IMG/VR virus record: IMGVR_UViG_3300032293_002041
Span: 164,973 to 228,972 of that record
Direction: 5' to 3' (one strand)
Length of the DNA stretch: 64,000 nt
Shown: piece after piece, positions 1 through 12,700 of the stretch
How the letters are laid out: the number at the start of each line of letters is the position of its first letter
Position numbering within the stretch: the stretch's first letter is position 1
The notes under the pieces: generated by a model
The model's database searches: none
Seen by the model: only the letters and a program-made list of their open reading frames with translations
What the model was told of the DNA's origin: nothing
Program-made: the position numbers and the translations under genes

Positions 1-243
1 ATTAACAATATTATTAACTTTTTGTGCAGCATCTGGGATACCTAGTTCGTATTGCAAAACTCCTCCAACTAGAGACCCATATTCTGGTTCAGAAACTATA
101 ACTTTATATATCTCTTTGGGGATTGATTGTTGTAAATTTTTAAGCGATTTATTAAAAGCTTGATCTATGGTATCTCTAATAGATGATAAAATCATGTTTT
201 CTATGTCTGAATTGGATTCCAATAACTTCATTTCCAATCTCAT
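1..243 (-). CDS. Hypothetical virion-module protein, 3'-truncated by window edge (MRLEMKLLESNSDIENMILSSIRD...)
   Basis: Manually translated; open to position 1; ATG at 243 overlaps the TGA of the upstream gene (ATGA). Confidence 0.7.
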   Translation of the reverse strand, partial: MRLEMKLLESNSDIENMILSSIRDTIDQAFNKSLKNLQQSIPKEIYKVIVSEPEYGSLVGGVLQYELGIPDAAQKVNNIVN

Positions 244-770
244 GCTCTGCTCCACATAGTTATGATATATCTGTTATTTCCAAGACCACATGGTTGGGGA
301 TCTCCGGCTATAGCGTATGAATAGTCTCCATAGTTCTGTATATTAGTATCCATTGTCATAAATTGAGAATTTTTAAGCTTTGGTAATAATGATATGTTAC
401 AGACAGTTTGTACTGATCCATCAGGAATATTGATAGCGTCTTTATGGCTCCAATTGAACCAATATTTACTATCAAAAAGAACCGCTAAATAAACGCTTTC
501 GGTTTTTGCTTTGTCTAATAATCCGTAACCATTACATACTGGACAGATACTATCTGGAGCAAAGGATCGTGGGCCGGTTCCATTATATTGATTGAGTGAT
601 CGTTGAGAAATTGGGTCAAAAATACAGTTATTACATAATGACCTACTTGAAGAACCATAATTCAGTGTGCATGGAACTGTAAGGGCATTATCAACCAATA
701 GCGCATCTATTGCCTTATTAAAAGTATCTTTGAACAATGGAGAAATTAGAGATTCAAAAGGGTTGGCCAT
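240..770 (-). CDS. Phage structural protein, possibly head-closure/connector type, with Cys pairs (CNNC, CPVC)
   Basis: 176-aa ORF in the structural module; upstream GTGTAT motif; function inferred from context only. Confidence 0.45.
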   Translation of the reverse strand: MANPFESLISPLFKDTFNKAIDALLVDNALTVPCTLNYGSSSRSLCNNCIFDPISQRSLNQYNGTGPRSFAPDSICPVCNGYGLLDKAKTESVYLAVLFDSKYWFNWSHKDAINIPDGSVQTVCNISLLPKLKNSQFMTMDTNIQNYGDYSYAIAGDPQPCGLGNNRYIITMWSRA

Positions 771-819
771 AATAATATTCCTATTTAAATTAAGTTACTA
801 TTAAATACACATTATGCTT

Positions 820-1758
820 TTACCAACCAGAATGTGGTATTCTATGCCATGAATTAGTTGAAATACAAATATATAAATATGAAGAATCCCAATAAATTTG
901 ACCAGCTGCTCCAGAAGTATTGCTACTGGATATCGTTTTTTTTTCAAAAATATTTTCTAAGCCAAGTAATCCAGAAGCATAGTGATTATGAGTAGATAAA
1001 GAATACGACCCTACTGGTTGTGGAACGTACCCTATAGCATCGGTAATATCTGCAAAATTAAGAATAAGATTCCCAACTCTATTATTTAATGAAGTGACCC
1101 CGCTATTACCGCTTGAATAAATAGTTACAGTATTTGTATAATCATCAAAGAGTATTGAAGTATAGCCACTACCAATAATTTTTAGATTATCTCCAATATT
1201 GTAAGAGATAGTATTATCTCCTCCATCTCCAATTGATAATGAATGAGAATGCCCACTCAAAGCATAATTCCCACTTCCTTGTTTGTTGTCTAAAATAGTT
1301 TGAAGTCCACTAATGTTTGATATGATATGATTGTGATCAACTAAACTAAAATTTCCTGTTCTCTGAGGAATATATCCTAATGCATCAACAACATCATTTC
1401 TGCTTAATGAAGCACCACCGCTACCTAAGCTGCTAATAGTTAGAGTATTTGTATAACCATCATATATCACATCAGTGCCACCAGAACCAACAATATTAAA
1501 TGGTTCATTTTCTGATAAATTAATTTCTATTCTTTGTTCAATGCCGTCGTAAATGCCTAAATTAATAGATGGAAAAAATATGGATGATGGATCAACTCTC
1601 AAATAATCTAGTTCTGACCAAATACCACTACCATCTCCAATTTTTAGTTTATTGGTATCTGTTTCATAGCCAGCTTCGCCTAAAGCTAGTACTGGATTGG
1701 TTTCTAGCCAACCAGATGAATTTGCTCGTCGTAATCTTATTCTTGTAAAATCACTCAT
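820..1758 (-). CDS. Tail-fibre-like protein with Mtd N-terminal/hyaluronidase-N-like domain and HxH repeats
   Basis: RIRLRR...NPVLALGEAGYETDTNKLKIGDG...W..L motif; DHNH/GHSH/THNH repeats. Confidence 0.75.
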   Translation of the reverse strand: MSDFTRIRLRRANSSGWLETNPVLALGEAGYETDTNKLKIGDGSGIWSELDYLRVDPSSIFFPSINLGIYDGIEQRIEINLSENEPFNIVGSGGTDVIYDGYTNTLTISSLGSGGASLSRNDVVDALGYIPQRTGNFSLVDHNHIISNISGLQTILDNKQGSGNYALSGHSHSLSIGDGGDNTISYNIGDNLKIIGSGYTSILFDDYTNTVTIYSSGNSGVTSLNNRVGNLILNFADITDAIGYVPQPVGSYSLSTHNHYASGLLGLENIFEKKTISSSNTSGAAGQIYWDSSYLYICISTNSWHRIPHSGW

Positions 1759-4121
1759 AGTTTTTTAACTCCAAAAATCAGACCAGTAATTTGTGGTACT
1801 GTCCAATTTTGATTAGTTACTGGATTATGATTTGAATAATATTCTGTTGTTCTATAGGTAGTTTTGTTGACATTTGTGATCGGTCCAATTTCAGCGTAAT
1901 CGTCTCGTTGAACCTTAAAAGACTCTGTAGGAGCATCAAAATTACTAGGATATCGATTAAAATTATACGAAATTCTATAGTTATCCAGATATCCGCCCTT
2001 TCCTATAGTTAGTAATCCAGGAATTGACGCACCATCACCATTACGAGTAAAAGTACTAGTAATATTTCTTAAAGAACAATTATTGGGAATAGTATATAGC
2101 TTATTAGTAAAAACTCCAGTAGTTTCACATGAATTAAGTTCGTTACTTGCATTATTTGGATCATCAAAAATACTATGATCAACTCCTGATACTCCATTCA
2201 AATAACAAATTAAGCGATATGAAGAATCTTTGACCAATGCAACATGATGCCAAACTCCAGTAGTAGCAATTTCTGGAAAATATAGCCTATTGATAGTAGG
2301 TCTATTAGCTCCACTATAAATTATTCCACTAATATCAAGATCAAAGGTATATTTAAAATTCCCATTATCAGTAGAATTTGGAGGCATTTTAGTCTTATCA
2401 AAGAAAGAAATTTTATTGCCAGAATTAGTAAAATAAACCCATGATTCTATGGTAATTTGGTATTGCTCAATATCGGGATGATCTAAATAAATGTAAGAGT
2501 TTGCATTGGGAAAATATAAGCTGCCGCTACCGAATTTGGATTGATCAAAAGATACTGCTGCTGATCCTGTTGGATATATACTTCTACCATAAGTATTATT
2601 ATCAATAATAGGATTACTTTCGCCCCTCAATAGTAAAGACACAGATCCTTCATATGGGTCAGTAACTCCAGATCGAAATACATTAACGTATTTAGTATCC
2701 AAATAACTTTTACGGGCATTATTATATATTTTCATGCCTCCTATGCCATCACTAAATGTTTCTCTCCATAGAGACGCAGCGTCCGCTGGATTTATAGTAG
2801 GAAAATTTAAATTTCTAGGACTAAAAGCTACAGCGTCTATATTTCCACTATTAATTGTTTCTATAGAATTAGAATCTCCATCAGACAATAAAAAAGCTTT
2901 GCGATGACTAATTTCGACTGTATTAAATGGACTTACACCTACCGACACAGTACTATTAGCTGTCCAATCCTTAATACCATCGCTCCTGCCACTATTATCT
3001 CTAATTTCATTATTTGCTCCAGGAACTAATGGAACTATTCTCACAGTCGAACCAAGCCAAAATGCAGGAACATCAGTATCGTCGATAAGAGTAATATCAT
3101 CTAGTAATAAAGTTTTTCCTCTCATATAATAATTCATATCCATACCAAATAGTGGCAGCACGACTCCATCATGTCGATAAACTATAAGACCATTCAAAAT
3201 ACTGCTAGAATAAGTACGATTATAGAATCTAATATTATCATATTCGAATCCGCTGATTGGCAACTCTAAGCTCCAGTCTTGTCTAGCTATTTCAATATCA
3301 TTATTAATGAGCGGTAAGTCAACACCCTCTGCTCTCATAGATATATAGCTTTGATTAGAATCGGAGTTATCTATTAAGAATTCAGAATGTAGCCATCTTA
3401 GAATCGGAATATTTCCTCCTTTATTAGCTGAGATTATGCGATTATCATTAGTATGACTAGCATTAGTATGAGCAATAACCAATATTGAACTATCAAAGAT
3501 TTGGCTAATTCTATAATCAGATGCTGTACCCTGTAAATTAAGATCAAAAATACCAAGAGTAGTATTATTTTGCTGAATTTCTAGACCCAGGGTAGTTTTT
3601 TCTCCAGCTATTTCTAGTAGGGTTTCTCCTGTAACTTTTACCACATTAACTACTAATCCAGTAGTATTTCCACTACATAGACTAAATAACAAGTGTCTAT
3701 GAGGATAAGCCGAATAGCTAGCGTGTTTATTTTCTAGACCAAGTGACCTGAAACCAAAATATGTTTTGTTTCCAGAAGGAGGAGAAAATCCGCTAAGTTG
3801 TAAGTATGTTGGATATTCTACAGTACTACTTTCAACTTCAATATTTGATAATGCTAAAAATCCTGCTGGAGTACCAAAACCGGGATATGAAGGAATTGTT
3901 CCATAAGACGACTCAATGTAGGATGATGGCAATATACCATTATTAGGAGAACAATAGGAATAGTTTACGCCAATATAATTGCCATTAGGATTGACTGAAG
4001 TTGTAGTATATCCTCCAAATGCATATTTGGGAAATTGTGAAAATTGTGATGACCAATACGCACTATCCAACTTATTAAATGTTGTGCCTCGGTCAAATCC
4101 TTCGAAAAATAGTGTGGCCAT
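1755..4121 (-). CDS. Virion protein with C-terminal LamG/concanavalin A-like lectin domain
   Basis: SKFGSGSLYF...TIESWVY...WHHVALVK...CYLNG...GYLDNYRIS motif series. Confidence 0.7.
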   Translation of the reverse strand: MATLFFEGFDRGTTFNKLDSAYWSSQFSQFPKYAFGGYTTTSVNPNGNYIGVNYSYCSPNNGILPSSYIESSYGTIPSYPGFGTPAGFLALSNIEVESSTVEYPTYLQLSGFSPPSGNKTYFGFRSLGLENKHASYSAYPHRHLLFSLCSGNTTGLVVNVVKVTGETLLEIAGEKTTLGLEIQQNNTTLGIFDLNLQGTASDYRISQIFDSSILVIAHTNASHTNDNRIISANKGGNIPILRWLHSEFLIDNSDSNQSYISMRAEGVDLPLINNDIEIARQDWSLELPISGFEYDNIRFYNRTYSSSILNGLIVYRHDGVVLPLFGMDMNYYMRGKTLLLDDITLIDDTDVPAFWLGSTVRIVPLVPGANNEIRDNSGRSDGIKDWTANSTVSVGVSPFNTVEISHRKAFLLSDGDSNSIETINSGNIDAVAFSPRNLNFPTINPADAASLWRETFSDGIGGMKIYNNARKSYLDTKYVNVFRSGVTDPYEGSVSLLLRGESNPIIDNNTYGRSIYPTGSAAVSFDQSKFGSGSLYFPNANSYIYLDHPDIEQYQITIESWVYFTNSGNKISFFDKTKMPPNSTDNGNFKYTFDLDISGIIYSGANRPTINRLYFPEIATTGVWHHVALVKDSSYRLICYLNGVSGVDHSIFDDPNNASNELNSCETTGVFTNKLYTIPNNCSLRNITSTFTRNGDGASIPGLLTIGKGGYLDNYRISYNFNRYPSNFDAPTESFKVQRDDYAEIGPITNVNKTTYRTTEYYSNHNPVTNQNWTVPQITGLIFGVKKL

Positions 4122-4164
4122 AATTAACTCCAGTGTTTAATATTTAATACCCCGTTAGGATAGT

Positions 4165-5550
4165 CTATGGAACAAAGTGAATAGTTTGAGACTGTATATA
4201 TGGTTCACAATCGTCGCAGTTGTATGGTAAAGAATATTCTGATGGAACAAATCTTCCTTTATATTTAGCCATTTTTGTATATATAAATTGGTCAATATAT
4301 CCAGCAAAACCATCAAGTGAAGTTCCAGCATCATAGTGAGGAGGCTTAATATCTGACGCAATATAAAAATCGTGATTATCAAGTTTTGGATTGAAGCTTG
4401 TAACTTTAGTACCTTTATTAATACCATCAACAAATAATCTCATAGTATTATCAGCTCGTGATACTGCAATATGTTTCCATCCTGTAGTAAGAACAATATT
4501 AGTAGCAGTGATGCTACTATCTTCATAGATATATGTTTGAGAACCACTATTATAGTAATCTGTATAAAAATTGAAGTATAAAGTATTATTATATTTTCGC
4601 AACTGTACATAGCTATTATTATCTGTAAAATATCCTTCTTTATTTTTAATACTAAAAATTGTTCCACTAATATTGTTAGAGGAACCTTTTACAAACATTT
4701 CTATGGTAAAATCTCCGCTAGGAGTCCAATTTATATTTTCATAAGCGCCAACTATAATGTGAGCATACTCGGGAGGATTATCATTATTAAAAGGTTCTCC
4801 ATACTCTATTCCGTCTGTATACAAACTATATCCACCATATTTATAATCGCCCGATGTTATAGATAGTGATCCCCCGGTTGGGACCATCGCCTGCATATTA
4901 ATATTATTACATGAATAATCCACATAGTCACCATCAAAAGGTAGATAAAGAGACATATCACAATAATTAAGCAATAATGCTGAGGGCATAATAGTAACAT
5001 AGTTTGAAAAATTACCTGTACCTACAGCATTCGAGGCTGATACTCTGAATTTATAGTTGGTTAGATTTTCTAGTCCAGTGACAAAAACACTAGTATCTAA
5101 AGATATTCCGTCATTATAAATATTCCAAGAAGTGAAGGTTCCTGTAGAATACTCAACAATATAATCTATTAGAGGAGATCTATTAGCATATGGAGCAGTC
5201 CATGACAGGGTGGCGGTTCCGTCGTCTCCGAGCCCTGCTAAGTTTGTTGGAGGTTCTGGAGGGGCTGGAGGAGGATAATAGGTCAAAATATCAACACATA
5301 ATAAGCTATTTGTTAATTTTTCTTTAGGAGTAGTATAAGTTAAGATATCCTGAGCCAAATAAGTATGAAACATTTCGGGTTTGACTGTTTGATATGTTAG
5401 TATATCTGTACCAATAAACGTAACCGTGGTTGATTTTGTCGGTATAGTATAACTAAAAATATCTTCACCAAGATATGAATATTTTAATCTGTATATTTCT
5501 CTATCGCGAGATGGTATTGGATACCCAAAGAATGGTGGTAGTATCATCAT
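4165..5550 (-). CDS. Virion protein with fibronectin type III and LamG domains
   Basis: PPTNL...LSWTAP...DYIVEYS...VTGLENLTNYKFRVSASNAVGTG (FN3); DFTIEMFV...WKHIAVSR...LFVDG...GYIDQF (LamG). Confidence 0.75.
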   Translation of the reverse strand: MMILPPFFGYPIPSRDREIYRLKYSYLGEDIFSYTIPTKSTTVTFIGTDILTYQTVKPEMFHTYLAQDILTYTTPKEKLTNSLLCVDILTYYPPPAPPEPPTNLAGLGDDGTATLSWTAPYANRSPLIDYIVEYSTGTFTSWNIYNDGISLDTSVFVTGLENLTNYKFRVSASNAVGTGNFSNYVTIMPSALLLNYCDMSLYLPFDGDYVDYSCNNINMQAMVPTGGSLSITSGDYKYGGYSLYTDGIEYGEPFNNDNPPEYAHIIVGAYENINWTPSGDFTIEMFVKGSSNNISGTIFSIKNKEGYFTDNNSYVQLRKYNNTLYFNFYTDYYNSGSQTYIYEDSSITATNIVLTTGWKHIAVSRADNTMRLFVDGINKGTKVTSFNPKLDNHDFYIASDIKPPHYDAGTSLDGFAGYIDQFIYTKMAKYKGRFVPSEYSLPYNCDDCEPYIQSQTIHFVP

Positions 5551-6698
5551 GGTCCTCCATTAGCATCTGTCGTATCTCCTGATAGTATTATAGTATCCGA
5601 AGTAGTTTTTACTAATGTAGCAACAGAGTATCTGCCTACCAATTTATCGTGGCCCATTCTATTAACTAGTTGAGAGCCTGAAAATCTTACTTGTCCAGAT
5701 CCCATCTGAGCCACCAAGCAATTGAAACCTACATTTAGAGAGCCAGTAAAACTAATATTTATAGCTGAAATATTATTATTAAAACTTAATACTTTACCAT
5801 TATCATTTTGGGTTATTATATAGTTATTAGTACTCTGATTATTTAATGAAGCAGAGAATCTTGTTAGGGTGCCGTCTCCAAGCGATTGTGTTCCAGTAAA
5901 ATTATTTCCGCCTTCCAGTTTAGCAAATTCAGACGAATCTCTCGTCGCAATATCTCCTAGTCCAAGAGTGAGTCTTTGTGCTTCTGCGTCAGCATCATTT
6001 ATTAGTATTTTACCAGCTTCCGTAATGCTTAATAATCCGTATTGATCAACACCTGTTCCATAAATAATAGCTCCAGAATGAACTGATAGATTACCTAGTT
6101 TTGTTAATCTAGAACTATAGGCCTGTATATCACTTCCAATTTCTAGTCCAGTAGTTGATATAATTAAATTATTAAGATCTTGATCATTATATTGTAATGA
6201 TATCTGCTGACCAGCTACCAATAATCCAGCAACTCTATCATCAACATTTTCTGCGAAACTATTAATATCACTAGTATTATGTCGATGTCCTATTAATGAA
6301 TAACTATTACTAATAATATCTGAACTAATATTAATCGTATTAGAACCAGCATTGAAAGCAACAGAAGTACCTCCTTGTCCAACAATATTTAATGTTTCGC
6401 CGGGTAATATTTCAATGTCTCCAACCACTAATTTATTTAATCCGCTGCCCGCTGGACCAACTGGACCGATAGCTCCGCTTGGTCCTGGTGGACCAGCTGG
6501 TCCGATTTCTCCACGTAATCCGCTAGGCCCAATAAGTCCTTGCAAACCTCGTTCTACGTAAACAACACTAACTGTATTATCAAAACCATCATTAATATTT
6601 ACATTTGTAGAAATAACGTTATTACTATCAGAACCATCTACTGACTGGTTGATAATTAATACTTTATTTGGCGGTTGTATGATATTAATAGATGCCAT
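5547..6698 (-). CDS. Tail-fibre-like protein with collagen-like Gly-X-Y stretch
   Basis: [34 protein letters not shown]; GHRH motif; AQRLTLGLG fibre motif. Confidence 0.7.
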   Translation of the reverse strand: MASINIIQPPNKVLIINQSVDGSDSNNVISTNVNINDGFDNTVSVVYVERGLQGLIGPSGLRGEIGPAGPPGPSGAIGPVGPAGSGLNKLVVGDIEILPGETLNIVGQGGTSVAFNAGSNTINISSDIISNSYSLIGHRHNTSDINSFAENVDDRVAGLLVAGQQISLQYNDQDLNNLIISTTGLEIGSDIQAYSSRLTKLGNLSVHSGAIIYGTGVDQYGLLSITEAGKILINDADAEAQRLTLGLGDIATRDSSEFAKLEGGNNFTGTQSLGDGTLTRFSASLNNQSTNNYIITQNDNGKVLSFNNNISAINISFTGSLNVGFNCLVAQMGSGQVRFSGSQLVNRMGHDKLVGRYSVATLVKTTSDTIILSGDTTDANGGP

Positions 6699-6710
6699 AA
6701 TTATAGATTG

Positions 6711-9700
6711 TTAAAGAAGGTTAATAGTTTTGATATCAAATCCTGTCTCGTCAAAAATCATTAGCTCAAAAGATTCTTCGTTTCTCCAATCAAAATTAGT
6801 ATTATTTGTTAGGACTATTTGCCAAGAATCAGTAGATGCATCATAGGTGTCTAACATATTTGGAGCAGATAATTGTCTATTGAAGTTGCATATCTCTCCA
6901 TTGATCATTACTTCTGGTTTATTATTGTAGATAGGCCTTAATCCACCATCAGTATTAAATGTCAGGCTCCAGGATCCGTTATTATTAACAATTCCTGAAT
7001 CTATAACTGTTTGTGGTAGATTAATTTTAAGAGGTTTATTTATATACAGAGGATATAATCTACTATATGTTTTTGGTGTTAGGCTAGTTCCAGAAAAAAC
7101 AGGCATTCCAGTATTTTCTACCGAAATAATCTTGTATGAGTAATCTCGATATAAGCCTGTTGGTGTTCCAGTTATTGAAAATAGCCAGTAACCTTCTTTG
7201 GAATAAGTGGGTTCTGCTATGTTGATTTGATTACTCCATATCCTATTAACTTGAGTAATTCCGGAAACAGCTAAAGATCCACTATAATTTACAGAGTTTG
7301 GACCATTAAATGAAACATATAATAATGAACTATCTCCTGATGATACTATAGTTTTATAGTTATATGGAGCTATGTTAGAGCATGTTGATATTGATCCTTG
7401 AGTTATGTCAACATTTTCTCCAGTAATAAATGGTATATTTTTATGTTTAATAGTTAAAGTGTTATCATCTATACTTAATAATATACTACGATATGAAATA
7501 TAAGCTTGACTATTAGTAATTGCTGGAGAACCACCTCTGTTATACGGGATTCTAATGAATGAACCGCTGAAATTTACAGGTTCCAGTAATAGCGATGTTG
7601 GTGGTATGGTGTCTTCAGCAAAAGTAATTCTAACAGCATCACCTGATGCAAATCCATACGTGTTTGCTCCAATACTAATGTTAATATATTGATTTGTGGG
7701 TTGAGTATTTCCTGGATGACTATAAGAAAGAGCAATTGGATTATTAATATTTTCGATTTCTTTTGTAATAAACCCTGTGGCGTGAGGGTTGTAACTTAGT
7801 GTCGTCCAGTTAGAGTTGTCTGGTAGCTGATAGTAAGGCACTGGTATGGGGTATTCGTTGAAAGGTATGTATCCTCCAACTAAAATTCCTTCGTATCCAG
7901 AAATTGAAACTCCACTTAAGCATGATATTTTATTATTAATAATACCGTCTATCATTACTGGTGGGAAGCTATTTTGTGTTATGGTACCGTTCTTGGTTCC
8001 TCCTTTGTGGATCCAGAAATATTCATTTTGAGCATATCTAAGGGCATTATAGCGATATGTCGGAAATGTTGCGGGATTGTTGTTGAGGAAAAGTGAGAAA
8101 ACAGTACCATAGGCTTCGCTGTGATTAAAAGCTATTGCCTGATTACTACCTACTTGAGAATTTTGATAAACAGAATTAGTTAAAAGATTAGTAATTCTAT
8201 AATTAATAGTAGTATCTCGTTTATTATCTTGTAGGTCTCTTTGCTCAGCTGTGTTACCATAAGCACATCTACTACCAACATAGTATTGCTGATTATTATA
8301 TGCAAAAGGAGCTTCGGACGCTGGAGCTGGGTCAGTTAATTCTACAATTGGAGCTGGTAACAATATGCCACTAATGCGTAAATATCCAGTTTCCCAGCAA
8401 TTATATGTTTTTACTGTATAGATATGATTTGATATACCACTTGTGTATTGGTTGTTTAATTGAACTATATTAAGTCCAGTTAATGAAGCATCAGAGTTAC
8501 TAAAAATACCAGAAACTGGTATAGAAGCAGAATAATCGGGTCTCATTCTACCAAACAGCCCATATCCTGATTCATCTAGAATTTGAAATGATGTCTTATT
8601 GGAGAACGAGCCGCATCCGAGTATAGATTTAGTTGTATTAGAATCTAAAGAGCCATTAAATTTTTGTAGATCATATGTTGGCACATTCTCTACTTTTCTT
8701 TCTCTGACTAGTCTTCCGCTGCCTGTTGTAAAAGTTTGTCCAGGAACTTCTACATAATAGTTTGGAGAAGAGTATTTTAAGGAATAAAAACCATTTTTAT
8801 TGCCAGTGGGATTATAATCAAATTCTAAATATAGATTATTGCCCTCTGAAATATTAGATATTGGTAGTTGTCTTGAAAATTGTAAATAAACCTTATAGTC
8901 TAATTCTTCATAGTTGCCTCCACTATAGTAGAATTCGCATGTCTGACATTGATTATGAGGTAGTATACTAGTACAATTCAATGAACCAGAATATGCTGGG
9001 GGCCAATAAGTAGTAATATTGGGATAATTTCCTTTGTCGATTGGTCTGGTTCCTTGCGGAGGACTAACCGTTTCTCCTGCGACCATGTTTCTAATAGGAG
9101 TATATTTAGGTTTCTCGTCATCAAAATATACGGTAAGATTAAGTGGAGAAGGTGGGTTGGCAGATGATATATCTTGAAATGTAAAGATTCTTTGTGTTGA
9201 TTTATTCCTTGCGTCAAATACCTTAAGACCGAACTGCTGGCTATAAAGCGACCCATTAGCAAATGTCGTTGGATTCCCGGTGAAAGTAATAATTCCACTA
9301 GACAAGTTGTTCCATGGTGCGGACGGATTACCTCCAGAGAAAGATATCGCATAACTCAAACCAGGAGGTAATGTTCCACTCACCATCCATCCGGTTATTC
9401 CTGTTGGAATAGCACAAGACTCTCTATTTGTAGGACCAAATATATAAGAAATATTAATTGGTGAATTACATAAGGGAGATAGCTGTATTGGGTTCTGGTC
9501 TTGTTGAGAGCCGCTGATCCTAATGACTGGAGGAGTATGAGAAAACCCGTTGTCTTCTAATGAAGTATACAGAATACTAGCGCCTATTTTATCTGAGGTT
9601 AAATAAATATCTTGAATAGTATCTGTATCAATTGCCAAAATAGAAAATGGCTTTATTCCTTCTTGGCCACACAAAGGAAGTCCCTTAAACTTAAAGTTCC

Positions 9701-12700
9701 AAGATTTATCAATAGGATTCCATGTCCTATATTGAAGACATGTATTTTGTTGCTCTAGTCCAATACTAGGATTATATCCAGAACACATAGACGGTAATCC
9801 TGACAACAAAATTGTTGGCGGGAAATTTGGATTTTCAAGACCAAAAATAGTTTTAAATGTTATATCCCACGGAGATCCTTCAACAATTGTATAACTTGGA
9901 TAAGAAATTCCAGTAATCTTAATTGGAAGTCCTCCAATACTAAAGCTATCCAATTCTATGAGACTTAATTTACCAACAGCCTGAATTTTATCAGTAGCTA
10001 TTCCTTTACATTTTGCAGTTATGGTTGAGAACTGGCTGCTAGATAGCGAAGTTCCAGTATTTGAGATATCTATATCAATATCCCACCTATCTACAATAGG
10101 CTCTCCAGAATAGGAATACTCCCAAAGATTAAAATTAGGATCATATTTACGATAGTATCGTGACAAATTAATAGTATTTTCTTTTAAGTTGATAGGGATG
10201 GTTACAGAAGGATAAGTATCGACATCTGCTTGTTTAATATCAAACGTGTTTTGATATGCTTTATTAGGAACAGAATAAATAGTTGATTGTATATTATCTA
10301 AATACTCAGTTTGGGTAAATAATAAATTAACAGATCTTGTTGCTACTGACTGAGTATCATCAGCATAAATATTAATAGTTTTAGGACCGATATTATCTGT
10401 AACTTTTCCAAAAGTATCTGTTTTACCAATAGCTTCAACATTCCATCTATAGTTGATAGCATCATATGTGTAGTTCAAAGAATATTCTAATGGTTGATTT
10501 TCATATGTTCCTATATTTGGTAGATTACCTAGTCTTACTGTAGGATGAATATCTGATCTGTGAGATAATATTCCATTAACTAGGTTAAACTGTATTGACC
10601 ACATCTCTTGCTTATCATAGACCAATGGCTGTGTTAATGCTGATGTATTAATTTGAAAATTTTTATATAAAGTCAAGTTAATATTTTTATTGTATGTATA
10701 TTGCGTCCATGTAATAACAGAATTTTCATCAATAACTGGCTGAAATATTGATATTCCTATATTTTTATTAGGATAATATCCAGTATTGCCGGTCAATGCT
10801 ACAGTTACTTTATATCTATCTGCTGTGCTATATTCATAGTTTATGGACTCAACTCCATAATAGTTTTGAGCCTCTGCTAGTGTTACTGTTAAACTTGTTT
10901 CTTCTTGATTAACAGCTGCTGGCACATAAAAATAAAAAGAACTAGATTGGGAACTATTGTCTATATTTAAATAAATATTATCATCAAGACCGACAGGATT
11001 TAATTGATAAGAAGGAGCATACTGAGATGGGCCTAGTATATGTATTTCTCCAGTGCTAGTTGATAAAATATTATCGACACTATCTTTAAGATATAAGACT
11101 GGATAATATATTCCAGTAATAGATCCTGGATATCCATAAATAATCTTAGTTTCATCATTACTCAAATCATTGTCCTCACCTATTGTAAAACTTGAACCAG
11201 GAAAACCAGACATTGTAATAGTATAAGTTTCTGGTAAATATTTGATATCATATACTAATGACCAATTATCTGGTCCATTAGCATAAACATATGATGGTAA
11301 TGCTTCTCTGATTTGTGGAATAAACTGAATATTGATACTTTTACTTACTGTATCAAATCCGGTTTCGTCGCTAACTTTAATAATCATATCTCTATTACTT
11401 AGTATTTCTGTAATATCTGTTATAATAATATTAATTATCCATATTTTATCAATAGGATTATATATGATATTATCATTGTCAATACTATAATTGGCTATAC
11501 CAAATATATTTACTCTTGGTGCAGACTTTGAGAGGCTCTGAGACCATTTTTCTGAACCATTTTTAGTTTGTATTCTTAGATAAACTGGTTTAGAGAACGT
11601 ATGAGGTATATCTAAAGAGTTAGATTCTAATATGGAAGAATATGTTTGTCCGTAATCTAATGAGTAATCAAGGCCTATTATTTCTATATTGTTAGGATTT
11701 AAATATAGTAGCTGAGTATTTATCTGATTATGAAGAGTTGCTGTATAACCACTATATATCGGAAGGCTTGAATTATTTAAATGAATTAGATGCTTCCATC
11801 TCTTTGATTGATCATTGTATGAATTTATTCCAAGAGCAAATAAGCTATTGTCTGTTCCGGATACGTTTATGGAACCATTAGAGACTATAAAATCATTATT
11901 TATATTTGGATTTTTATTACTTTTAAGATTATAGTCACTATCTATTATATAGACTAAACCACTGACGCCAAAATATGCAGCATTGTATGGAATAGTAATT
12001 GTAAAATTATACGGGTCAATTTTATCTGTAATGTAATATGATCCATTTAGTAAGGGAGCGCCATCTGAAAAATCAAAGTAGAATTTTTTATTTGTTCCCC
12101 AAGGTCTTATATATCCCTTATTGTCGTTTGTGATATTACTAGTTTTACCAATATTGCTTCTATCAATAATATCAGAAATATTATTAAAGTCTGTGTTCTC
12201 AAACCCCTTAATGTTTATGCAGATAGTGCCAGATTGGCATGAGCTAGAGCCTACGCCTATTGTGAATACTCCAGTTTTTGGAGCTGAGACAAAGTTGCCG
12301 TCGTTATCCATGGGCCATTCTGCTGTTGAACCGCCATAAGAATGGTAGTAGATATTATTAAAATATGGAATATTACAAAAACCAGAGCATGATCCGATAA
12401 AAGATAGTGATCCAACATTTGGAAGTTCAGTATCCCAGGCTAGTCCAAAGCTATCAGAGTATCGGTATTGGTTTCTTCTATATAAGTCGTTTCCGTCTTG
12501 ATTAAGTGGCTCAATATTTTTAGAGCCATTCATAGCTATGCCACTAAAAAGTGTTTGACTTGCGTTGATGCGTAAAATCTGACAGTATTGACTAATTGAA
12601 TTTGTGTTAAAGTTATTAGATCCATTAAATGTTGTAATTTTTATTTGATCATCGGCATTAAGATATGCTTTTGGAGTAGAAAGTCCATTGATAATAATAA